Positions 21,457 through 33,808 of a DNA stretch of 64,000 nucleotides are shown here, piece by piece. Within the stretch, counting starts at the first letter, position 1. Each line of letters starts with the position of its first letter. Source of the DNA: Narcine bancroftii. Lineage: Eukaryota. The DNA is taken from contig NC_091481.1 in assembly GCF_036971445.1 (NCBI RefSeq), positions 18,104,001 through 18,168,000 on the forward strand. Reading direction: 5' to 3'. The notes under the pieces were generated by a model. It was not told the origin of the DNA. It saw nothing but the letters and a program-made list of their open reading frames with translations, and made no database searches. Both the position numbers and the translations under genes were made by a program.

Positions 21457-21547
21457 CTCTCTTTTGATTATTTTATCAATTAGTGGAAATATACATCCCA
21501 ATGACGGTAAAAGACATCTGTCATCCTGGTCTACAGCATCATGGCCA
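21457..21547 (-). CDS. HDAC10: HDAC10 coding exon 14
   Basis: Reads GHDAVDQDDRCLLPSLGCIFPLIDKIIKRE. Phase-consistent, donor GTAGGT. Confidence 0.8.
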
Positions 21548-22259
21548 CTGTGAAAAGTTTAAGAAATTATACTTAAGTAAAGTGTGAATCATGTCAATCT
21601 TCAGCTGATGCCAGTCTAAGGCTGTTTTTAAAAATTGCACTTCTGATTTTCCGAGGTGTAGCTTGATTGTAAATTTCTCACATCAGAAATCTTTCTGGTG
21701 ATATATTCTCTGGATGCATGCAATCAACTTTAATGATAGCCAGTGAAAACAGTAAAACTCATAAGCTTTTCTTTCCATCCATCCTTATTAGTTTATTTTA
21801 TTACTATTTTCTCCAACCTCTCTGAAATGATTATGCACCCTGTACTTAAAACAGGTGGAAATTCTTATAGGAGGATAGGGAAGAAATTATTTCTGCTTGT
21901 AATTTCAAGCATATTGGGGGGCAGTGATAGTGTGCAATTATTATGAAATATTCAGTCCTACTGATGTCAACAAACACCAAATATCATATACAAAAAACAG
22001 AATTTCTCCCCAATGAGTCTTAATTATTTAGCATGGATTTAATGCTATTTCTATTTTTACACTTCCATCAGGGATAAATTAAATTCAGCGGCAAACCTAT
22101 CCAATTTCTCATTCCTTCGACCCAATGTACTGGAAGCAAATGAAGCAGGTTATCTTCACACAAAGGCGAGCAAACTGAACACAACTTGAAAACAGAAGCC
22201 TTCTTTGACAGCATTGAGGATCATCTTAAGTAAAAGATGTAGCCAAAATAGCCAAACCT

Positions 22260-22391
22260 TTTTTTTTTAAATTTTTTATTTTTCACACCATAAATCACAT
22301 TAGGCATGATACACACTTTTTCCTTTTCACACATATACAGTGACATTTTCTCCCCCCCCCCTCCCTCCTCCCAACCCACCCCCCCTCCCAT
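22260..22391 (-). mobile_element. 5'-truncated L1 3'UTR insertion at the HDAC10 exon 13 donor, with 16-bp TSD
   Basis: CAAAATAGCCAAACCT at 22244-22259 and 22392-22407. Poly(A) on the minus strand. The insert resembles the L1 3'UTR at 15970-16075. Confidence 0.85.
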
Positions 22392-22405
22392 CAAAATAGC
22401 CAAAC

Positions 22406-22691
22406 CTGATGAGATTGCCAGCTTCTTCCATGGAGATTTCCTTTGCTTCTACTTTATGGCAACGATCCAAGTTTGCTGACTTCACATCACCTGCCCATGC
22501 AGTTCTTACAGGGGGAGCCAACACAAGAATTTTCTTCATGTGGAAATCCATGAATTCTTCAAAATCTTGCTTCTCTTTGGAGAGCAATGCCATTTTTTTC
22601 TCAACATTTCTGGTATCAACTGATTCAAAATTATGCTCTTTGACACCAAAGTTCAATTTCTTGGTGCTTGATTCATTAATAATGACACTTT
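22406..22691 (-). CDS. HDAC10: HDAC10 coding exon 13 (linker and start of pseudo-deacetylase domain)
   Basis: Open frame in the correct phase, ...FMDFHMKKILVLAPPVRTAW.... Acceptor TTCTTTCAG, donor AG|GTTTGG. Confidence 0.8.
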
Positions 22692-23051
22692 CTGAAAGAA
22701 TTATGCAAAGTTAAACATGAGTCAGTACAGTGTGTATCAGTTAATGTGTATTTAGTTCATATTACCATATCCAGAACAAACAAAAGAAAATCTTTAACAA
22801 AGTTTATATCAGAGACAAAAGAAAAGTTTCAACTTTCAGTGGATTATGATCTGACTGCTCTTCCAGTTCGGAACTTAACTGGACAGACCTAACGAGGAAT
22901 AGATCTATTCTGCAATTTTCAAGTACGGTATAATGTGAGCGGAACAGTTCTTCCTGTACAGTCACTGAAGAGAATCCAGATTATTTAAATATAATTTATT
23001 TGTGTGGAAATTTCCTTCTTAAATAGAGTGGTAAAGATATTAAAATATTAC

Positions 23052-23119
23052 CATGGTATTTCAAACATTTCCAGTATGGCTGATGTATAGTTCTTACATT
23101 TTGAATAGTTTCCACAGCA
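23052..23119 (-). CDS. HDAC10: HDAC10 coding exon 12
   Basis: Reads AVETIQNVRTIHQPYWKCLKYH. Confidence 0.9.
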
Positions 23120-23879
23120 CTGCATAAAGAGAACAAAATGATTGATATTCAAAACATAGTTGCTTTGTTCTTCACATTTCAATTTCACATTACTACTAAA
23201 CCTAAGATCATTAAGATTGGGAGCACAAATGGATGCCAGATCACAAATTAATATTTTAATACTTCCTTCAGTCTTTGCACAACCCAAGATGTTGGCAGGT
23301 TGGCTGAGCTGAGCCATCATAGGCTTTTCATGCTTGTTACACTCTCTGGGATCATGGTATTTCTTTTCTTATAAATCTAAATGCAGCAATGTTAACAGCA
23401 TTCAAGAGAAAAAAATCTTCACTATGGTCAAGGTCCTATTATAAATATGATTTGACTTCAATAAGGCAGAATGGAGAAAGTTGATTAAGCTTTAAAATCA
23501 CGTCCAATTATTTATCCTTAGTTCATTAATTTGATCTTGAAGTAATGTTGTGTGTGAACTCTTTACTTTTAAAGGCATTGGCCCAATGTTATTAAAAGCA
23601 CTAGTCTTTGTCCTACATAATAGTTTTCTATTACTGTGCGGTTCCAAATGCAACCTACTTTTCACAGACTGGCAAAAAATATTTAAGACAAAGAATTAAA
23701 ACCTATTTCAATCATATGACTATGCCCATAATCATTTTTAAAACAGAGCAGAATGTTTTAAGTACGTAATAATTGTCGTGCTAAACACTATTTAGTAATT
23801 AGTTGTTCTCAAGTGAAATTGTTAATTTGTTTAATGAAGAAGAAATAATAAAATTAGAAAATATACATTAACTAAATAC

Positions 23880-23986
23880 CTTATGCATGGTGCCATCTGG
23901 CCAGTCAATGGAGGAATGGGGTCTCCTAATAATGCTCGAACAGTCATACCGACAGACTCTGAAAGAGAACGCAAGTTGTATCCTCC
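23880..23986 (-). CDS. HDAC10: HDAC10 coding exon 11
   Basis: Reads GGYNLRSLSESVGMTVRALLGDPIPPLTGQMAPCI, including the catalytic Tyr. Confidence 0.93.
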
Positions 23987-24542
23987 CTAAAAATAAAGTA
24001 CTTAAGTTAAGACTTGAACAAGACAGGTTGTGTATGAAATGGACAATCTTTCTCCCTGCATCATTTTGACTGATGCATTCTTCAACATGAACTACTTTGC
24101 TTTCACCTACGTATTACCTTATATTTACATGATACAGAACAGTGGTTAACAGGATACAGATTATTTTAAATGTCATCAAAACTGTTAAAATATTTTTTTT
24201 TGTTATTATTCTATTCTGATCTTTCTCAAAAAGAGATGAAATAATTTAAAGATGTTCTCAAAGGCCCCTTGATAAAGTATAATCTTAGGACTTGCAAAAG
24301 TATATCATCCTTGACCTCAAAGGGACTGCCCAATATTTTCCTTCCTCCATTTAACTGAATGTTAATTATGAATTCTAATGAGCGAATTAAATTCTGTTAA
24401 TGTAATCATGATATTGAAGCCAAGAAGCCTTCAATATCAAGATTACATTAACAGGGACAAAGAAAATCTCTAATGAAGTACAATTCAAAAATTTTTTTGA
24501 AAACTGTTGTATTAAACATCATTCAGAATTATGTTTTCTAGA

Positions 24543-25380
24543 GCTCTGGGTTGTATAAAAAGTGGAGATAAGTCAGCGTTCTGGAGGGCGATTGAAAACT
24601 TGGCTGAATGGGGCACCAACAGCATCCTTGCACTTAATGTCACCAAAACTAAGGAACTGCTTGTTGACTTCAGGAAGGGAAAACCAGATGCGTATGATTC
24701 AGTGGTTATTGGGGGATCAAAGGTGGAGAGGGTGAGAAAATTTAAATTCTTGGTACTATTTCGGAGGATCTTTCCTGAACCATAGACATTGCGAGGAAAG
24801 CATGTCAGTGCCTCTATTTCCTCAGGAGTTTGTGGCGGTTTGGTATGACCTCGGCCACCCTGGCAAATTTCCACAGATCTGTGGTGGATAGTGTGCTGAC
24901 TGGCTGCATCACAGTCTGGTATGGGGACAGCAATACTTCTGAGTGTAAAGCCCTGCACAAGGTAGTGAACACAGCCCTGGACATCAGAAGCAAAACCTTC
25001 CCCACCATCGAACAGAGAGCAGCAGCAATCATCAAAGACCCACACCACCCGGCACATGCTCTGTTCTCGCTGCTATCATCAGGAAAGAGGTATAAGTGCC
25101 ACAAGCCTCACACCACTACAATGAGGAACAGCTGCTACCCCTCCACCACCAGACTGCTCAATGACAAATTCAATCAAGAACTCATTTAAGGACTTTTACT
25201 TTTGCACTTTATTGTTTGTTTTCTTTCCTCTCTGTATTGCACAGTTGTTTACATTTGTTTATTTGTTTACAAGTGTAGTTTGTACTACCAATAAGTGGTA
25301 ATTCTCTACCGCCCACAGGAAAAAGAATCTCAGGATTGTATGTGATGTCATGTATTTAATCTGTGATCCGAATCTGGAAT
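24543..25380 (+). mobile_element. Rex1/Babar-type LINE 3' fragment
   Basis: LALNVTKTKELLVDFRKG, VVDSVLTGCITVWYG and IIKDPHHPAHALFSLLSSGKRY; same family as 6571-7300. Confidence 0.85.
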
Positions 25381-25454
25381 CTTTAGTTACATAGAGATAC
25401 AGCACCACAAGAGTGGAAGAGGATTACTGGATTCTCCCTTCATCCCACTAATGA

Positions 25455-25803
25455 GATCGTTGTCTGAAGAGGGTGTGCAAAATCATTGATGATCCTTTCT
25501 ATCCTGCACACAGCATCTTTCAGCTGCTCCTGTCAAGAAAGAAATATAGGAGTACCAGAGACAGCACCACCAGGCTGAGGAATAACTTCTTCCCATGGGC
25601 AGTAGAATGCTGAATGACCAAAGGGACTGCTCACACTCCCCATCCGAGACTCTCCTATTCACGAAACAATATTTATTTATTTGTATATATGAATACTTGT
25701 TTGTCTGTCTGTGTATTATGTGTGATTGTGTGTCTGGGTGGTTTGCACTGAAGACTGGAGAACGCTGCTTCGTGGGGTTAAGCAGATGACAATAAACTTG
25801 ACA
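25455..25803 (+). mobile_element. Rex/Babar-related LINE 3' end
   Basis: KIIDDP.HPAHSIFQLL.S remnant and GATGACAATAAACTTG tail. A related minus-strand copy lies at about 46200-46580. Confidence 0.6.
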
Positions 25804-26196
25804 CTAGATCACCTTCTCAAAGGCTTTTCGGAATAACAAGAAAGGTCCACCTGTCAGTGAAACTCAAATCTTAAATAGTGAATAAATTGAGAAAGAAAGG
25901 AATATGCTCTGGCATTTCAAGCTTGATGTAAAGAACTGGTGCAACACAGGACTAGAGTTTCAGTGAAGACCTAATGCTGACTTGAGCATCATATACTCAA
26001 TAATCCCTATTGTTATTATACACACAATTTCCACAACAATCATTCCACTGCATTCCATGTTCAATAGAGTCAAATGACAAGACCAAATCGTTGGGATTTC
26101 TGAGCAATAGGGATTTCAGATTATTGGAGTTTTACTGTGCTGTGCATACACGTAAAATTTGACAAAATATTCTATTATAGTTGGGGTTGTACGTAC

Positions 26197-26286
26197 CTCT
26201 AAAACAACGCACAATTTCCCATTAGCTAATGGCATCAGTGCTTGAGTGAGATGAGCAAAGCACTCGGGTGTAGCACACATTTCACC
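26197..26286 (-). CDS. HDAC10: HDAC10 coding exon 10
   Basis: Reads GEMCATPECFAHLTQALMPLANGKLCVVLE. Confidence 0.95.
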
Positions 26287-26729
26287 CTGGAAGATGGCAA
26301 CGTAAACTGTTAAACTGTATCAGTTGTACATTGTTATGACAAACATTTTCGAGAAACTTTCCAGAAAAAAAAATCTCTTGGTTTTTTTTAAAATCTCTTG
26401 GTTTATTCTTACGGAGTTATCTCTTAGTGTTGCTTCAACTTTCATTAACTATTAAAATAAATTTAATGATTTTAGCTTTAGCTCTTATTGAATTTAATCC
26501 AGTCGAAGCACAGTTCAGACATCATTACATTGGTTTAAGTAAATGAGACATTTGGGTATTTCATACAAACATGTTGCTAAATATGGAAATATAATGGAAA
26601 CAAAAATTAAAATACAACATTATTGGCACATGCAAAAAGTTTTATTTCAATGAAATTTAAAAACTAACTTAAAACATTCACATCTATTAATGATGGAGAC
26701 GGCGGTGTATCAATTAAAATAAAAGATAC

Positions 26730-26789
26730 CTCAGGATCTCCAACTGCGGAATCAAATCCTGCTGACACCAGAACTAATTCTGGATTAAA
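26730..26789 (-). CDS. HDAC10: HDAC10 coding exon 9
   Basis: Reads FNPELVLVSAGFDSAVGDPE, including D267 and gatekeeper E274. Confidence 0.95.
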
Positions 26790-26891
26790 CTGTAATAAGA
26801 ATGAGTGAAATCATTTATTAACAGCAAGCAAAAGCAAATATGTTCCATAAAATATACACAGGACTCTTAATTCAATGATAATATGAATTAC

Positions 26892-26957
26892 CTCATAAGC
26901 CATCGGAAGCAAAGTGGAAAAGAAAGCCGTCAAGTAATCAGCATTTCCCATTCCAAT
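26892..26957 (-). CDS. HDAC10: HDAC10 coding exon 8
   Basis: Reads IGMGNADYLTAFFSTLLPMAYE. Confidence 0.93.
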
Positions 26958-28698
26958 CTGTTATGAATTTAAAAATAAAATTGAGAAATAAAATGGAGAA
27001 ATTAATGAGGTCAAGGTAGATCATAATTGGAAATCACTGAATAACTGTCTTCCTAAATTTCCTTCAGGTGATTAAGTAGGAGGCGCATGGTATTACATCA
27101 GTCACATTTAAGATGTGACTTTCTTTGAAGTACACTACTGAACCAGTTTGCTTTTAATTATAATTCAGTTTTGACAGCCTAGAACAGATACACATGGTTC
27201 ATGATCACAGCTTGCGATGATTTTGAACTGAGCTCTGACTTTGGTTTACTTGCCTTCGCGGTAAAAAAAAATTCCACTGATGGTGAATGGAGAATTTGTA
27301 ACATGGGACCCAGATTCAGAATCATCAAATGAATAAAGAGAAAAGATTATTAGGTCATGGAATATTATACTGTATCACAATGAATTCCTGCAGCAAAGAT
27401 GATGCAGAAGGAAAATTATGGACTGCTATTTACATAACGTCTTTATCTTAAAGATCCTATGCCACTTCACAGAAATATAATAAGACATAAAATGACACAG
27501 CCAAAATACATAATAAAATGGTGAATCAATTAAATGGCTTTATGAGGAGTGCTGATAGAGGCAATTTACCTGAGAGCAATAGCAGATTAAATGATTGGGT
27601 GGGGTGGGGAAAAAAGGCAAGGAATTACATCAACCCACATTTAAAGACTGATTTGGAAGGCATGAGAGGGAGAGTATATGATAGCTGGATCACAAAGAGA
27701 TTTATACATAGGATGAAGACCAGGTCCAACATGATGTTCTTGTCAGCAAGAATGTGAGTTACAGGATTTTAGACGAGGTGAATGTTGTGAGAGGGCATCC
27801 AAGACAGCCATTAATAAATTCAAGCTTGAAGGTGGCAAAGACACAGACAAGGGTCTTGACAGCAAATAGGCTAAGACAATGTTGATAATAGAGATGGAAG
27901 ATCAAAATCTTGAGAAATCGGATGACAAAACTGAAAATAGTCACTTCAACTTGATAGAGTACTCTGAAAGAATCTGGACATAACAGAGGCTAATAGAATA
28001 GAACCATATAACCGTTGACAGCACGGAAACAGGCCATGTCGGCCCTTCAAGTCTGAAGGGTTGTTCTCTTGAACAACTCCACTTCCGGAATGAGCAAAAT
28101 CTTCACTTTGTTTGACATCACATTTGCCCACACCTTCCCTTTCTCACTTCACTTCCATTCAAATCGGTTTTGTTCAGCACATTATTCCATTGACCAGCAC
28201 ATACTGTAAACAAAGATCTATTTGTGCTTTGTGCAGCATTCTGAAAGCAGAATGTAAATCCTGCATTATTAGTGTTTGATTTTTCAACTCTGAATTGTGG
28301 TTTATATGCAAGGCTGAAAATGTACATGAGTTTAAAAAGGAGATCGTAGGGCCTAGTCCAGATATAAAGTGCACTTACGTAATCTACTTCACATGATGCT
28401 GACAAGGAACACATGTAGATGAGAAGTAAGGAAGTGCCATGTTTAGATACTTGGATGACTAATGAACTAACAGTGCGCAGAAACAATAGCTACTATTGAA
28501 GATGCTCAGACATTCATTTGAAAAGCAAGTCAATAAGAAAACCAGTTGTCACAGCACCAATGTGACAGAGTGATCAACTCCTTCAGCATGATTAATTGTT
28601 CAAAACATAGGATCAGAGAAAATAGATGTAGGAGGAGGCCATTTGCGCAAACATGGTCATTTAAGGAAATAAGTTTGAACTCTTATTTGTAAAAACAC

Positions 28699-28825
28699 CT
28701 TGTTCCATGGAATATTTACGGTGAATCCTGCCCCACTGCCTTTTCCAATAGCATCATAGTCAGAGTCCTTTAAATTGGGCCAAAATTGCTGATGTTCATA
28801 GCGATGCCATGAGAAGTACAGGACA
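28699..28825 (-). CDS. HDAC10: HDAC10 coding exon 7
   Basis: Reads VLYFSWHRYEHQQFWPNLKDSDYDAIGKGSGAGFTVNIPWNK. Confidence 0.95.
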
Positions 28826-28957
28826 CTAAAAAACACAAAGCCATTAAAACACGACCGTTTATATCCAAAAAGAGTATCCTTCTGGGACAGCAAAAGAATT
28901 GCAACATGTTCATTAACATCTCAGGTAGGTCAAATATCACGACAGAACAAAGGATTG

Positions 28958-29080
28958 AAATAGTGTTTTTTTTAATCCAATGAAATAGTGATTCTTTTTA
29001 TCCAATGAAAGTGATTTTTTAAATCCAATGAAATAGTGATTTTTTAAAATCCAATGAAATAGTGATTTTTTTTATCCAAT
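28958..29080. repeat. Imperfect ~24-bp tandem repeat (GAAATAGTGATTTTTTAATCCAAT), about 5 units
   Basis: Directly visible in HDAC10 intron 6. Confidence 0.8.
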
Positions 29081-29200
29081 ACCAGTTGATAGTGGCACCC
29101 AAGTCTCTTTTCAATAAGGACAAAAACAAGATGGATTCTCTCCAAACATAATCATAAATGTCAATAATGCTTCTGGATTTGTGAAAAACACAAAGGTTAC

Positions 29201-29269
29201 CTGGAATCCTCCTCAAATGTGTACTGAGTTCCCTGGCCATGATGCACATCCCAATCAACTATCAGAATC
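29201..29269 (-). CDS. HDAC10: HDAC10 coding exon 6
   Basis: Reads [22 protein letters not shown], including zinc ligands. Confidence 0.95.
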
Positions 29270-29353
29270 CTGGCAGAATAAAACGATATAAACTATTTTC
29301 ATTATTATGAACAAAAATCTTGCTCTCTGTCTTTGAAACATTAGCCACTCCAC

Positions 29354-29458
29354 CTTTTCGTTCCATATCTTTGTTTTGCATATCTGGCTGCAACTGCTAC
29401 ATTATTAAAGATGCAAAATCCACAGGCTTCACTTTTCTGGCTGTGATGACCTGGAGGT
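29354..29458 (-). CDS. HDAC10: HDAC10 coding exon 5
   Basis: Reads [35 protein letters not shown], including the catalytic His dyad. Confidence 0.95.
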
Positions 29459-29543
29459 CTGCAGAAGGAAAAGCAATATATAAATGTTTGTAAATATGGT
29501 GTTTGAAGTTAATCAACGAAACAGGTCTGAAGTTATCCTGTAC

Positions 29544-29641
29544 CTGACCAGTGCCATCCCATTCCTCACTTTGTCCAACATGACTGCGTCAACAAGTTGC
29601 AGAGTTGCTCCCAGAGATAGTTTTGCAACGTGATAGGAATT
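29544..29641 (-). CDS. HDAC10: HDAC10 coding exon 4
   Basis: Reads NSYHVAKLSLGATLQLVDAVMLDKVRNGMALV. Confidence 0.93.
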
Positions 29642-29760
29642 CTAAAACAAAAGCAGGATAGGATAGGACAAATGTGAAATTATGAAAAAAATTAGTGATC
29701 AATCCCTACATTCATTTTCTTTTTAATTAATTTGACTGTTGTCTTTTAATAATTTATTTT

Positions 29761-29995
29761 GGGGCAGCACTAGGGTAGTAGTTAGCTATTACAGCACTAG
29801 TGACCTTGGTTCGAATCCAGCGCTATCTGCAAAGAGTTTGTACATTTTCCCTGTGTCCACATGGGTTTGTTCCGGGTGCTCTGGTTTCCTCCCACATTCC
29901 AAAGGAGTCCAGTGTTAGTCGGGTCACTTGGGTGTATTTGGGTGGGTGGGATGGGCCTGTAACCATGCTGTCTCTCTGAATTAAAATTAATAAAT
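29761..29995 (+). mobile_element. V-SINE/HE1-like SINE
   Basis: GGGGCAGCAC head, GGTTCGAATCC B-box and V-domain. Confidence 0.8.
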
Positions 29996-30700
29996 TAAAT
30001 TAAATTGAAAATTAATGAATAGATTTTCTGCTTCAGTTTTGGATATTTTACATTCATTTGCTTTATTCTTAAATTTACATTTCTAGCCTGTTTTTTTTTA
30101 ATATAGTCATTCTAATGAGATATTTATTAGGTTCAGAAAATCTACCTACTCTTCGCCTCATCCAAAACTTTGATTAAGTTCACTTACATAATTCTCCATG
30201 TAAGCACCATTCTATATTAAGAAAATTCAAATTTATTTGATATGATTACATTATTATATTTTGTATTTTGACGTGAATACATATGTGGAAAATTTAAATA
30301 ATATATTAAAAAAATAGAATTTGAACTTTTTATATTAATTTGTCACTCACATTTCTACTAATAAATATGTTTTGTTCAATCAAATTCATTAACCAAAAAT
30401 CAATGCTTTTCAATTCATGGATACTGTATTTAAAAATCTAAAAGTAGAATGTGCAAACTTTTTAGAAAAGAGATACTCTGTGGATGGTCATTAGTCTTCA
30501 CAGTTCAAATCTAAACTATAAACCACGGGTATAGCCAATTAGTTTAAATTACATGACTGATGCTGGAATGGGTCTTGATGGAAAAGTTGAACACAAATAA
30601 AAGTACTTTTAATTTAATAAAACAAACACAATGAAAGGAAATTGAAACAAAACTTTGCCAAAGTCAACTTGTTTTTTTTTGCTGCAAGAATTTTACTTAC

Positions 30701-30797
30701 TGGATGAAAAAACATATCATCAAATTTGTAGGAAAAGCTCTTCAATTCTTCAACATTCATAAATGAAGTAGATTTAACAGCTTCCAAATAATCCAAG
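30701..30797 (-). CDS. HDAC10: HDAC10 coding exon 3
   Basis: Reads LDYLEAVKSTSFMNVEELKSFSYKFDDMFFHP. Donor GTAAGT. Confidence 0.93.
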
Positions 30798-31549
30798 CTG
30801 CAAAAAGGAAACACTTGAGTGAGATCTCACCCAAGCACAAGTTAAGCAAATTAAAAACTCAGGTGTCCTCTTCTATAATACTTCAGGTTACAAGTGACTA
30901 AATCAGAAAAAAGAGTACAAGCTTGAATTGTCAAGACAGAGCAAGTTATGTGAACTGGCAGAATTGTGGAAGGATACTCAAAAAAAAATGCCAAATATTA
31001 AGGATGTAAATTAGTAGTTTTTGAAAGATCTTGAATAATCTAAACAGCACAATATCATTTAAGATGAAAATCAGAATAAAAACTTAACAAGATATTTGCT
31101 GAACCAAATTTTAGTGTCATAATTGCATAATGCCTTAAGATTAAAGCTTCTGAACCTGCTTTAAAATAAAATTAGAGATGGTCAATTGATGAATAAGTGA
31201 TACAAATAGTTTGAAAAATTATCTCAAATTCATTAAAATGAGACTCATGCATCTATATTTTAACATGCAATGCCAACATGCTTTAAATTGTTATAAAGGC
31301 AAATATATATGATATAGAAAGAATAAATTGCCACATTTTTTTCAACTTGCATTTCTTGATGAATGTACAAATGGCATGGCTTCAACATTATGACTCAACA
31401 CTGTCATTCAACACTGTGAAAAATAGCAATACTTCAGATATTTTTGGGAACAAGAGCAGTGAAGGAGAGAAATGGGAAAGGTCTGCTGCTCAAAGTTTCA
31501 CTCCAAGAAAAGGAGAAGAGGGGAAGATCATCACAGTTTAATCACAGTT

Positions 31550-31780
31550 GGTGTACCGGTTAGTGTAATGCTATTACAGATCTAGCAACCCGGGCTTGAA
31601 TCTGGCACTGTCTGTAAGGAGTTTGTATGTTTTCCTGTGTTTGCATGGGTTTCCTGCAGTGCTCTGGTTTCCTACTACCTTCAAAACCTTGCAGGGGTTT
31701 ATAGGTTAATTGTGTATTTGTAGGGCACAGGCTTATGGGCCAGAAGGGCCTGATAACATGTGTTTGTCTACATTTACATC
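31550..31780 (+). mobile_element. V-SINE/HE1-like SINE next to the HDAC10 exon 2 donor
   Basis: CTGTCTGTAAGGAGTTTGTATGTT core and tail. Confidence 0.75.
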
Positions 31781-31797
31781 TTAAATGCCCATCCAAC

Positions 31798-31932
31798 CTG
31801 TGAACCAAAATGAGTTCCTCTTCAATGGCTTCTCGAACTGATAGTTGGATACATCTTTCCTCAAGACCATAATGTTTCAGCTTCTCAAAGGTAGCAGACA
31901 GTCTTTCTGGTATTTCAATGCTGCAAGATGGG
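31798..31932 (-). CDS. HDAC10: HDAC10 coding exon 2
   Basis: Reads PSCSIEIPERLSATFEKLKHYGLEERCIQLSVREAIEEELILVHS, with AG/GT borders. Confidence 0.93.
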
Positions 31933-32779
31933 CTAAGATGTAAACAAAAGAGAACGTTACCACAATTAATGAATTGGATTACAGTAAGTTCTTCATTAAC
32001 TATCTTTCTAATGAATGCTACAAAACTGAAAGAAACACAATTCTGACTAGTAGAGTAATGACATAATCATAAAATTTATCTGCGTACTGGTGTCTTGCCT
32101 TAAGGTTTAAAATTACTTTGTGGATAGCAAAGATTTCAAAATTATATTTTTACAGTGCCCCAGTGAGTTTAAATTGTCTCCTTTTAATTAACAGAAACAC
32201 CACTGAGCTGAGAAACAATACTGATCTGTTCAGAGGAGGTGAAATGAGAGCAGGTGAGAGAACGATAGTGAGGGACGGGGGAGGCTATGTTGGAACTGAG
32301 ACAATAGAACATAGTAAACGGGAAATCTTAAATAATAGAGAATGCTCATAGTACACAACATATCAAACAGTATCTATGGACAGAAAAAAACAATAATAGA
32401 ATTGAATGAGATGCTCAGTAAATGCCTTGAACTATCAATAGTGATTAACATGTTTTCAGTGGAAAATTAGAATTGACCAAATCATCTAAGTCATGAACAA
32501 TTTGAATTTGAACTGATATCTATAAGTTTATTAAGAGATAGATAGCTTGGACTACTTTAAAGCAGTGGAGAGAGGTGGTTCAGAGCTCCTGTTTACTAAA
32601 AGCAACTACCAATTTCACATTAACTGTTTTGGCAATGTTCAAGAGCAAGGTCAAGAACTGGAAGAAGCATTGTAGAGCTGGAAGGTACTACTGAGCTAAG
32701 GAAGGTTGAAGATTTTAAAATCTTAACCTGGTATAAATTTAAAGTCAGCAAACAAAGAATGTGGAAGACCGGCCTGGAT

Positions 32780-32855
32780 ACTGTTGAAATAATCAAATGA
32801 TTAGGTAACAAAGGCGGAGACTGTTGAAATAATCAAATGATTAGGTAACAAAGGC
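32780..32855. repeat. 36-bp perfect tandem duplication (period 40)
   Basis: ACTGTTGAAATAATCAAATGATTAGGTAACAAAGGC at 32780 and 32820. Confidence 0.9.
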
Positions 32856-32907
32856 ATTGATAGGGGTTCAGCAGCAGATGAGTTGAGGCATAACGTATGA
32901 AACTTAC

Positions 32908-32972
32908 AAATCCCACAGCAGATTATAGCTCATCATTTGCTCATTGTAGACCAATCCAGTTCCTGAGGCCAT
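32908..32972 (-). CDS. HDAC10: HDAC10 coding exon 1
   Basis: Reads MASGTGLVYNEQMMSYNLLWD. An acceptor (TTTTCAAG) lies 2 nt before the ATG. Donor GTAAGT. Confidence 0.9.
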
Positions 32973-33808
32973 TGCTTGAAAAAAAAATGCATAAATAGCC
33001 AGGGGTTATTCATATTCAAAGTAAACCACATTTAACTTTAAAATATTTAAAACAATTGAAATTGAATTGAAAATAGCAACATTTTTAGCATTTTGATACT
33101 TCACTAGTTAAGCTGGAAGATAATTTTTCAAACTTAACCAAATTTTGGGGAAGGAAAGAATAAGACTCCTTAAATATCTCAGCTAGAGTTAAAATATTCA
33201 AAACTAGCAGGATATCCAGCGTTTCCCGGGAAATAAAACACTCAATCGTTGACTACGTGGTTGAAACAAAATACCCCAAAATCTTCATGGTAGTTCTGCA
33301 TAAATATATTTATTCTTTGTACCAGAAAATGGTGCTGCCCTTAAGCTGGTGGCTTTTGTTCGCATTGCTTGGAGTCTTGCTTGTTCTTCGACAGACTCTT
33401 GAGGCAGGCTTGGCGTTGTTCCTCAGTTTCCCACTACCAGCCCCTTGTTGTTCTGGAATTGTTTTGTAATTTTTTTAAACCTCTCTACTCATTTCAGCTT
33501 TATTGGCACAATACTGAACTGACCTTGTCACTAACATGTTTTATTCTTCTGCCACCAATTTCAAATGAAATAATGCAACTTGCATGACAAAGACCTCCTT
33601 CAATAGATGTGACAAAATAACCTCGACTAACTTGCATAAACCAACCTTTTAATTAACAGCAACAATTCCCTTATACTTATTTAATGTTTTACCACCTCTC
33701 TTCAAGCAACCTAACCATGTCAGGAACAACAGTTCATCCTGTGCTTTCTCTCCATTCATCACAAATTGAATATTTGTGCAGAAGTAAAACAGAAAAAGTC
33801 TGCGGACT

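Larger units (their letters stand above)
12325..32972 (-). other. HDAC10: HDAC10 gene model (class IIb polyamine deacetylase), 20 coding exons, about 681 aa
   Basis: The exon chain has consistent phases. H136-H137 (RPPGHH), D174/H176 (DWDVHH), D267 (SAGFD), gatekeeper E274 (GDPE) and Y307 (GGY) fall at the zebrafish HDAC10 numbering as I recall it. A degenerate second (pseudo-deacetylase) domain follows. Confidence 0.93.

Noticed and set aside
28958-29080. Regularly spaced repeats that superficially resemble a CRISPR array
   Set aside because: Head-to-tail minisatellite with no unique spacers, in a vertebrate intron, with no cas genes.
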